A DNA stretch of 34,429 bases. It comes from a virus. Positions 25,724-32,286 of the stretch are shown here, in pieces (position 1 is the first letter of the stretch; the number at the start of each line of letters is the position of its first letter). The DNA lies in the IMG/VR virus record IMGVR_UViG_3300020613_000003; one strand, given 5' to 3'. A program made the position numbers and the translations under genes. The notes under the pieces were generated by a model that worked only from the letters and a program-made list of their open reading frames with translations, was not told the origin of the DNA and ran no database searches.

Positions 25724-26530
25724 ATGAAGATGGTTGATTACGCAATCAACTATCAACGCATGGGCTATTCTGTTATCCCTATTTCAAAAAATGGCAAAAC
25801 CCCTCTTATTTCTTTCGCTGACAAACCACCAATGACTGAAAACGACATTCGGAGGGTGTGGCGAGATAATCCAGATGCTAACATTGCACTTAAAACCGAT
25901 ACATTCTTTGTCATTGACGTGGACATGCATGGCGATGTTGACGGTTTAACTAATTTAAGAAATTGGGAACATGCAAGACTCATACCCAAAACCTTGCAAG
26001 CTATAACCCCAAGCGGTGGGAGACATATCTACTTAAAAAAAGACCCCAACCATCCTATATCGCAAAATATTGGGATGATTGAGGGAGTAGATATCAAGGC
26101 ACACGTTAATAACTATATATTAGTTCCACCGTCCAATAATTCCAAAGGATACTATGAATGGGATACAGTGCATTCGCCAAAAGATGGAAGCATAACAGAA
26201 GCACCTCTTGCGTTGATAAAAGTATTGCAGAAAATGAAACCAAACTATGAAGTCTCATCGTTTGCTAGTGACAGTGTTAGAAGTACAAAAACCACAAAGT
26301 TATTCGAGAGCATCTTACTAGGTTTTGGAGACAAAGGCGGACGAAACAATGCACTTGCCGAGTTTGTCGGTGGACTACTACTTAGAGGCGTTGACCCAGA
26401 AATCACTTATCATCTTGCAAAGATGGCAAACAGCAACACCCAAGAGCCTTTGGGCAATAAGGAATTTGAAAGGACATTTAAGAGCATGTTAAACAAAGAA
26501 ATAAGGAGGATTGGACTTGACAACGATTGA
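25724..26530 (+). CDS. Bifunctional primase-polymerase (prim-pol) N-terminal domain protein
   Basis: 268 aa with YSVIPISKNGKTPL, FFVIDVDMHG and ITPSGGRHIYL, which are AEP/prim-pol motifs. Confidence 0.8.
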   Translation: MKMVDYAINYQRMGYSVIPISKNGKTPLISFADKPPMTENDIRRVWRDNPDANIALKTDTFFVIDVDMHGDVDGLTNLRNWEHARLIPKTLQAITPSGGRHIYLKKDPNHPISQNIGMIEGVDIKAHVNNYILVPPSNNSKGYYEWDTVHSPKDGSITEAPLALIKVLQKMKPNYEVSSFASDSVRSTKTTKLFESILLGFGDKGGRNNALAEFVGGLLLRGVDPEITYHLAKMANSNTQEPLGNKEFERTFKSMLNKEIRRIGLDND

Positions 26531-28019
26531 TTTCGATTATTACAGAGAACAATTTACTCTCTCGCCTGGGAAACCTAGCAGCAAAGAGGGAATTAAGAAT
26601 AAGCTTAAAGCCTATCGAAACGACTGGTTTGAAAAATTTAAGGAAGAAAATCCAGATAGCAAAGAACCAAAGGCATTGCCAGAATTAGCAGTAGCTAAAG
26701 GTTTAAATAAATACACTCATGTTATCACCATCGAAAATGGGAAAGTAGCTATATATGACCCAGAGCGGGGATACTACCAAAAAGATTACAGATATGCCTA
26801 CCAGCTTATCTATATCTTAGAACCTACATTCAATGAAACAAAATGCCGAAATGTTCTATTCTTGCTATCAAACATGAGCAGGGAATATGAATATAATAAC
26901 ATGTATATGGATTTTGAACCAGAATATCGAGATGTAAGGCGTTTTATTCTCGTTAAAAATGGCATCTACGATAAGCGAAAGAAGAAGCTGCTATCGTTTG
27001 ACCATAAGTTTATTAATTTTAGTACCATTGAAACAGAACTGGTCGAGAATGCCCCTAAACCAATTATTAATGGTTGGGATGTCGATAGTTGGTTGTTAGA
27101 TCTCATGAGTGGCGACAGTGAGCTTGTAGAATTACTATGGCAAGTGATTGCAGCGTCACTTAATGGTAACCATTCTTATCGAAAATCGATTTGGTTGGTC
27201 GGTAACGGTAATGACGGTAAAGGTACGTTTCAACAGTTAATTAGCAATCTTGTTGGATTAAAAAACGTAGCTCCCTTGAAACTTAACCAATTTTCAGAGC
27301 GTTTCGGTCTTGCCATTATCGAAGGTAAGACGGTCATCATTGGGGATGATGTCCAAGCTGGCATCTATGTGGATGAATCTTCCAATTTTAACTCAGTCGT
27401 TACTGGTGAACCAGTTTCAATTGAGAAAAAAGGAGAAAACCCCTACTTAGCGCAATTTAAGAAAACGGTTATCCAGTCTACCAACGCTATGCCAGTGTTT
27501 AAGAATAAGTCAAACGGGACATATCGACGTATCGTGATTATCCCATTCAAGAAAACATTTGGCATCAATGATGACAATTGGGCAATTAAGGATGATTACA
27601 TCAATCGTAAAGAAGTTTTGGAATATGTTCTTTGGAAAGCTATTAATTTAGATTTCGATAAATTCAGTGAACCAAAAGCGACACAAGAACGTATGCAAGA
27701 ATTCAAGGAAGAAAATAACACAGTTTATAAATTCCTTAATGAATACTTGTCAGATGTCGTTTCCACTCGAATTCCAGTTAGGTTCTTGTGGGATGTATAC
27801 CGCTCATGGTGTCATGAGGGAAATCATACTATACCTAAAAAATCTAACTTTGAAAAAGAGTTAGCACAGAATTTACCAGTTGGTTGGATTAAAGATAGAC
27901 AAAAACCTCTTGATTTTTTCAATCCAACTAAAGATAAGCCAGATTATTGGCATGATTTCAATTTTAATTGGGACGAAAACGAGGCGAAGAAAACAGCCGT
28001 AGTAATTACGGTTACTTAG
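26511..28019 (+). CDS. Phage/plasmid primase-helicase, P4/D5 family NTPase
   Basis: ~500 aa with Walker A VGNGNDGKGT and Walker B-like VIIGDDV. The most likely start is TTG 26517, 7 nt after AGGAGG; the track start TTG 26511 abuts the SD. Confidence 0.85.
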   Translation: MDLTTIDFDYYREQFTLSPGKPSSKEGIKNKLKAYRNDWFEKFKEENPDSKEPKALPELAVAKGLNKYTHVITIENGKVAIYDPERGYYQKDYRYAYQLIYILEPTFNETKCRNVLFLLSNMSREYEYNNMYMDFEPEYRDVRRFILVKNGIYDKRKKKLLSFDHKFINFSTIETELVENAPKPIINGWDVDSWLLDLMSGDSELVELLWQVIAASLNGNHSYRKSIWLVGNGNDGKGTFQQLISNLVGLKNVAPLKLNQFSERFGLAIIEGKTVIIGDDVQAGIYVDESSNFNSVVTGEPVSIEKKGENPYLAQFKKTVIQSTNAMPVFKNKSNGTYRRIVIIPFKKTFGINDDNWAIKDDYINRKEVLEYVLWKAINLDFDKFSEPKATQERMQEFKEENNTVYKFLNEYLSDVVSTRIPVRFLWDVYRSWCHEGNHTIPKKSNFEKELAQNLPVGWIKDRQKPLDFFNPTKDKPDYWHDFNFNWDENEAKKTAVVITVT

Positions 28020-28274
28020 TAACTATATGTTATCGCAACATGTAACCGTCAAACACCTTGATACATAAGGGTTTTCGGTTGCTTTAGTTATTTAGTTACT
28101 ATATATATATATATTTATAAATAAATAAATAAATAAATATATATATATAGAGAGAGCCATCAAAAAAACGTGTAACTAAATAACTAAAGTGGCCAGAAAC
28201 CTTGATATATAAGGGTTTGTAGTGGTTATTTACGTGATAACTAGGCAATTAACCGAATAACTATTAGGAGATAT
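28020..28274. other. Non-coding origin of replication (ori) region
   Basis: A perfect 18-bp inverted repeat ctttagttatttagttac (28082-28099) / gtaactaaataactaaag (28172-28189) flanks a (TA)n-(AAAT)5-(TA)n-(AG)n core. A 20-nt direct repeat accttgata(c/t)ataagggttt occurs at 28055 and 28199. There are five TAACTA and two TAGTTA hexamers. The region lies directly after the primase gene. Confidence 0.8.
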
Positions 28275-28598
28275 ATGACCACAGAATCACTAATTCAAAA
28301 TCAAATTCGAGTAGAACTATCAAAAGCTGGCTACATGGTATTTAGAATTAACGTTGGAAAAGTCAGAATGGCTGATGGACGTTGGTTTGATACTGGAGCA
28401 CCAAAAGGTTTCTGTGACTTGTTTGGATTTAGACCAGATGGACAGATATTTTTCATCGAAGTAAAAAATGAAAAAGGTCGTGTGAGAGACGACCAAAAGA
28501 AATTTATGGATGCCATGAAAAAACGAGGAGCACTCGTAGGAGTGGCAAGAAGCGTTAAGGATGCAATGAGGATAGTTGATGGTAAAACGGTGGAATGA
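28275..28598 (+). CDS. VRR-NUC domain nuclease (PD-(D/E)xK fold)
   Basis: 107 aa with GFCDLFGFRPDGQIFFIEVKNEKG, matching the D..E.K catalytic pattern. SD is taggag. Confidence 0.8.
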   Translation: MTTESLIQNQIRVELSKAGYMVFRINVGKVRMADGRWFDTGAPKGFCDLFGFRPDGQIFFIEVKNEKGRVRDDQKKFMDAMKKRGALVGVARSVKDAMRIVDGKTVE

Positions 28599-28827
28599 CC
28601 ATATGGCTGGCATTAAATATGCACCAAGACCATATGAAGAGCATATAACTTTGTTAGAGCGTGTAGAATATTTCAATCATTGGTTTTATGCTACCCATCA
28701 AAAGAAAGGTGCGGTGGCAATTAAACTAGGAATTAGTGATAATAAACTCAATCGCATACTGACACTTGAACAGTTACCAGATGATGAATTATTAGGAAGG
28801 ATGATGGTATTATGCAAAGGAGTATGA
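28579..28827 (+). CDS. Hypothetical early protein (possible HTH: AVAIKLGISDNKLNRIL)
   Basis: The ATG at 28579 has SD gagga 6 nt upstream (82 aa). The alternative start at 28603 is also possible. Confidence 0.6.
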   Translation: MVKRWNDHMAGIKYAPRPYEEHITLLERVEYFNHWFYATHQKKGAVAIKLGISDNKLNRILTLEQLPDDELLGRMMVLCKGV

Positions 28828-29045
28828 CAATTATTAGACTTCAAAATCCATACATGGATGAAACTATCAAGGTGGAAGAAGACTATAAACGTATCTTGGA
28901 CATACTGAAATGGATTGAGGAAGGGAATATGGATTATCTTCAGCTACAGCAGATTGAACCAAAAAAAAGAATAATAACTATCAGCCCTAAGAATTTCGCA
29001 AAGATTGATTACTATGAGTCGGAGGAAGTAGAAGATGAAGTATAA
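28812..29045 (+). CDS. Hypothetical small acidic early protein
   Basis: 77 aa with the C-terminus ESEEVEDEV. No family was recognised. Confidence 0.6.
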   Translation: MQRSMTIIRLQNPYMDETIKVEEDYKRILDILKWIEEGNMDYLQLQQIEPKKRIITISPKNFAKIDYYESEEVEDEV

Positions 29046-29202
29046 AGTAATAACATATTTTGATCACATGGAAGATGATGTAGAAATTTATGATAGCAAG
29101 GATGAAGCTATCAAGAGAGTGCATCATCTACGAGGTGTTAAATATAGAAATTTAAAATTATATAAAGTGGAAATGGTTGAGGTGGCTAAAAAACCCCTCT
29201 AA
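29035..29202 (+). CDS. Hypothetical 55-aa early protein
   Basis: The ATG at 29035 lies 9 nt after GGAGG and gives MKYKVITYFDHMEDDVEIYDSKDEAIKRVHHLRGVKYRNLKLYKVEMVEVAKKPL. It falls below the track cut-off. Confidence 0.55.
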   Translation: MKYKVITYFDHMEDDVEIYDSKDEAIKRVHHLRGVKYRNLKLYKVEMVEVAKKPL

Positions 29203-29383
29203 AATCGATTTTAAGGCGTGTGTTTTGCTAGGTAGTATAAATAGACTAGAGTACCATTAAAAACGCACTATACCCCCTTAAATTGAGAATTAGGGGCATC
29301 CATATATCTCGAACCAGAACGTTAAATCGTCTGTAATCAATTTAAAAGTGTGGGTGCCATTAAAACTTAAAGGAGAATAAACG

Positions 29384-29719
29384 ATGATTACTAGAGATGA
29401 AGCAGTTAAGAAGATTGCAGCTGAGGACTTAATTCCTAAACCTGTAGTGCCACAATATGTGGCTGATTGGTATGAGAAACATAAAGATAACTTTGAAGAA
29501 TACCTATTTCAATGTATCCATGATGTTGTATATTTTAATAACGTTGTATATTTTAATAACAGAGTCGAAGTAAAATATTTTAAAGATTGGCTATCTATTG
29601 TTGATGGTTTTATGAAGGACGAATTCAAAGCTTGGACTTATGAGAATGGAGCTATCAAAACACTCATCAACATGCACCTGTTTGGGTATGAGGTGAAAGA
29701 AAAACGATATGGTATTTGA
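29384..29719 (+). CDS. Hypothetical protein carrying an in-frame 18-bp tandem duplication
   Basis: 111 aa with SD aaaggag. The peptide VVYFNN is repeated. Confidence 0.7.
   Translation: MITRDEAVKKIAAEDLIPKPVVPQYVADWYEKHKDNFEEYLFQCIHDVVYFNNVVYFNNRVEVKYFKDWLSIVDGFMKDEFKAWTYENGAIKTLINMHLFGYEVKEKRYGI
29525..29560 (+). repeat. Perfect 18-bp tandem duplication gttgtatattttaataac x2
   Basis: Read directly from the sequence: 29525-29542 equals 29543-29560. Confidence 0.95.
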
Positions 29720-29743
29720 CTGTGGAAGTGGAAGAGGTGTAAT

Positions 29744-30064
29744 ATGCGAAAAATAGATCTGATAGCAAAGATTAACGAGTGGGCAGACGAACGCAACTTA
29801 AAACAAGCTGACCCTAAGATACAGTGGATGCGTGTAACGGAAGAAGTCGGTGAAATTAGGGATGTACTCTTGAAACCGACTAAATTCACAGACCCACAAA
29901 TGGCACTTAAAGACGCAATTGGAGACACACTAGTGACGATTATCGTATTGGCACATCAATTAGACCTTGATGTTACTGAATGCCTTGGTATTGCATACGA
30001 GGAAATTAAGAATAGAAAGGGAAAGATGGTAAATGGAACGTTTGTTAAAGAGGACGACCTATAG
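29744..30064 (+). CDS. MazG-like nucleotide pyrophosphohydrolase
   Basis: 106 aa showing the EEVGEIRD ... AIGDTLVTIIVLA ... AYEEIKNRKGKM pattern of small all-alpha MazG/NTP-PPase proteins. Confidence 0.7.
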   Translation: MRKIDLIAKINEWADERNLKQADPKIQWMRVTEEVGEIRDVLLKPTKFTDPQMALKDAIGDTLVTIIVLAHQLDLDVTECLGIAYEEIKNRKGKMVNGTFVKEDDL

Positions 30065-30130
30065 AGCCATTGCCTTACTACAATTATCAATGTCAGTGTA
30101 TATTACAAGCTATTTGAAAGGAAGAGGACA

Positions 30131-30838
30131 ATGAAGTACGTAGAGTACGCAGGACTGACCAAAGAATTACATTCAAGGGTCGTGGTTGAATTTAAAAATT
30201 TGAAAGAGCAACACCATAGAACATTAACAAAGTACGTGATGGAAACAAAGCAGTGCAACAGATTGCAAGCTAGAAAATATTGTCAAAGATTTGATAACGT
30301 GGTTAAAGAGCGTTCGAAACTGTCAACTACCACGTTGGATGATATGAGCGAGTATCTTACAGACGGTCTAGTTAATGACTTGAAAGAGTATCTATTAGAG
30401 AACTACTCTACTAAACGTGTCTCTTGTAAACGAGATGCTGATAAAACTAACGCAGGGCTTACAGAGGAACTTTTTCAACAATACCGCAAGGAAATCCAAG
30501 AGTTAAGAGCAGCACATCCAAACCGCATCGTGTCACATATCATGGAAGTGAAAGGATGTTCATATAATAAAGCTAATTCAATCCGCACAGCAATCTGTAC
30601 AGTATACTCAGGAATTGGCAATTTAACACCTCGCAAGGTAATCCAACTTGAAGGTCTTCTATCTAGAGAGCTATTTGGCAAAATAGCTAAATATGTATTT
30701 AATAAGTATGAATGGCCTGAGAGCCTAGATAGTGAAATTGATCGCATCTATTTAGAATATCGCACTAAAGGTGATTTAGGTCTTGAAAAGGAAAGTGTCA
30801 AGCGTGCGCTATATAAAGCGATTTCTATGGGCTTGTGA
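30131..30838 (+). CDS. Hypothetical protein made of two tandem ~100-aa repeats
   Basis: 235 aa. An ungapped self-alignment of AGLTKELHS...METKQC...A with AGLTEELFQ...MEVKGC...A gives 14 of 41 identical residues. Confidence 0.7.
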   Translation: MKYVEYAGLTKELHSRVVVEFKNLKEQHHRTLTKYVMETKQCNRLQARKYCQRFDNVVKERSKLSTTTLDDMSEYLTDGLVNDLKEYLLENYSTKRVSCKRDADKTNAGLTEELFQQYRKEIQELRAAHPNRIVSHIMEVKGCSYNKANSIRTAICTVYSGIGNLTPRKVIQLEGLLSRELFGKIAKYVFNKYEWPESLDSEIDRIYLEYRTKGDLGLEKESVKRALYKAISMGL

Positions 30839-30861
30839 GGGTTCGACTCCCTCGCTAGCTG
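30837..30861 (+). other. tRNA T-arm plus acceptor-3'-strand mimic (not a complete tRNA)
   Basis: GAGGG-TTCGACT-CCCTC (30837-30853) is followed by gctagct g. The 5-bp GC stem and 7-nt T-loop consensus start within the TGA stop of the 235-aa gene. Confidence 0.5.
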
Positions 30862-30862
30862 T

Positions 30863-30891
30863 TAGTCTGTCGTGACTAGGTAACTTTTTTT
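30863..30891 (+). terminator. Weak hairpin plus T7 run (possible terminator of the early/middle unit)
   Basis: The hairpin ttagtc-tgtcgt-gactag is followed by gtaacttttttt. The stem is short and imperfect. Confidence 0.35.
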
Positions 30892-31041
30892 CGACACTCG
30901 CATCGCTGACAGACCGATGCACAAACCCAGTAAATATTTTATAGAAACGAGGAAACCAATTTTACTCTAGTCTTGCATTGCTGGTAGCAAGGAATTTAAA
31001 ATAAAGGAGGTGGTAAATAAAAAAAAAGCCCAAGGCAAAGA

Positions 31042-31071
31042 TTGCCGAGAACTATTTGACAACATTATTAT
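31042..31071 (+). promoter_or_regulatory. Candidate promoter for the late-regulator gene (TTGCCG, 17/18-nt spacer, TATTAT)
   Basis: This is a hexamer match only; TTGCCG lies at 31042-31047 and TATTAT at 31066-31071. Confidence 0.3.
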
Positions 31072-31095
31072 ACCATGAAAAAGGAAAGACAATTT

Positions 31096-31494
31096 ATGAG
31101 AACAGTTGAGCGGTTACAAAGAATCAAAGCACTTGATAGATACATCGACAGTCAGATAGAGCAAATTAAGAGACTGGAATCACAAGCGCTTAAGGTCACA
31201 TCTGGTTCAATGCATACTGACATTGTTCAGGGTGGAAAGCGTAAGGGCAAAGATGATATTTATGTGGAACTTATAACGGCTAAGGAAGAATTAGAACGCT
31301 TCACAGCTGAAGCTATCAAACAGAAGCTAGAGTTTCGTAGACAGATAGCAAATATTGAGAATATAGATGCTAGGTCTTTGCTTCAAATGGTATACATTGA
31401 CCAACTTGGTATCTGGCAGATATGTGACAAGTTAGGGATTAGTAGAGCTACGTACTACGTTAAACTAAGACAAGCTGAGAAATATCTAGATTAA
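31096..31494 (+). CDS. ArpU / sigma-70 region-4-like transcriptional regulator (probable late-gene activator)
   Basis: The C-terminal HTH is LLQMVYIDQLGIWQICDKLGISRATYYVKLRQAEKYL. The ATG at 31096 has SD aaaggaaag; the track start at 31075 has none. It lies just upstream of the packaging genes. Confidence 0.7.
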   Translation: MRTVERLQRIKALDRYIDSQIEQIKRLESQALKVTSGSMHTDIVQGGKRKGKDDIYVELITAKEELERFTAEAIKQKLEFRRQIANIENIDARSLLQMVYIDQLGIWQICDKLGISRATYYVKLRQAEKYLD

Positions 31495-31542
31495 TTAATA
31501 CGGCATAATATTTTAGGCATGGTAATATAGTATTATCGAATC

Positions 31543-31574
31543 AGAAGGACACAGTAGTGTTCTTCTTTTATTTT
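31543..31574 (+). terminator. Rho-independent terminator after the regulator gene
   Basis: A 10-bp stem agaaggacac / gtgttcttct (one G:U pair) with loop agta, followed by tttatttt. Confidence 0.75.
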
Positions 31575-31595
31575 ACTCAAAGAGGAGGGAAGCCA

Positions 31596-32105
31596 ATGCC
31601 AATGGTAAGACGTTGCAAGGCAGATGGATGCCGTTCCTTAACAGAGAGACCATCACACTACTGTACTATACACAAGAGTATGGAAGCACAAGAGAGACAG
31701 AGATACTCACGCACTAGATACAACAAGAGAGTGAGGAACCGAGACGATGAGACTAAAGAGCGCTATGCATTCTATCGGTCAAGGACGTGGTCTTCTATTC
31801 GGAAGGTAGCACTAGAGCGTGACAACTATCTGTGTCAGTACTGCTTAGCATTAGACGTAGTCACACCTGATGCACGTATAGGTGACCACGTCACACCTGT
31901 TGAGATAGCACCAGAGCTTAGAACTGAAGTTTCAAACGTAGTAGCAACGTGTAGAAGCTGCGATAACACCAAGAGGACTTTAGAACAAGAAATCTATGGT
32001 ACTGGTCAAAACAGAACGAAACAGAACACTGACCTACGACTTTCCGTGGCAGCGTGGGCGGGTTTAATAGCCCGTAAAAAGGCGGACGTCGTTAAACCCC
32101 TCTAA
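31596..32105 (+). CDS. HNH endonuclease associated with the cos packaging machinery
   Basis: The ATG at 31596 lies 6 nt after agaggaggg; the track GTG at 31557 sits inside the terminator hairpin. The HNH motif is CQYCLAL....GDHVTPVE....NVVATCRSCDNTK. It is immediately upstream of cos and terS. Confidence 0.85.
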   Translation: MPMVRRCKADGCRSLTERPSHYCTIHKSMEAQERQRYSRTRYNKRVRNRDDETKERYAFYRSRTWSSIRKVALERDNYLCQYCLALDVVTPDARIGDHVTPVEIAPELRTEVSNVVATCRSCDNTKRTLEQEIYGTGQNRTKQNTDLRLSVAAWAGLIARKKADVVKPL

Positions 32106-32286
32106 AACGCCCGTAGCGCGATTTTAAATAAGGGGTGGTATATTTACCCTATGTGGGGTATAAAATCGACCCCCGCCCCCTTCTCGCGCCTTAGGAGAGC
32201 CACTACAAGGTATTTTCTTACGTCACGCACAATTTTTGAGGATTTTTAAAAGATGTCATGATTCAACTAGAGAGGAGAAACGATGA
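32106..32286. other. cos region (cohesive-end site and terminase-binding repeats), probably also holding the late promoter
   Basis: A 181-nt non-coding gap lies between the HNH gene and terS. It contains a 24-nt core with ~80% GC, cgacccccgcccccttctcgcgcc (32167-32190), in a visibly AT-rich genome. The repeats ggggtggtata (32132) and ggggtataaaa (32155) lie just upstream. The exact nick positions cannot be read from sequence. Confidence 0.6.

Noticed and set aside
28082-28218. A CRISPR-like or mini-array reading of the repeats after the primase gene
   Set aside because: The repeats are inverted as well as direct, only two copies of the 20-mer exist, and the spacer is a TA/AAAT microsatellite. 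No cas genes are present. The architecture fits a replication origin.
30770-30861. A complete tRNA gene ending at the T-arm-like element
   Set aside because: I tried to build D and anticodon arms and a 5' acceptor strand (agctagc) in the ~75 nt upstream. None pair, and the region is the coding 3' end of the 235-aa gene. Only the T-arm/acceptor mimic is reported.
31003-31078. An orphan strong SD (aaaggaggtg, 31003-31012) with a possible 22-aa GTG ORF
   Set aside because: The GTG overlaps the SD itself, leaving no spacer. No ATG/GTG/TTG lies 5-10 nt downstream, and the peptide is Lys-rich with no features. It is probably a relic or part of RNA structure, with not enough evidence for a gene.
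31557-31595. GTG 31557 as the start of the HNH gene
   Set aside because: The codon lies in the 3' arm of the terminator hairpin (31543-31566). The ATG at 31596 has a near-perfect SD (agaggaggg) at 6-nt spacing.
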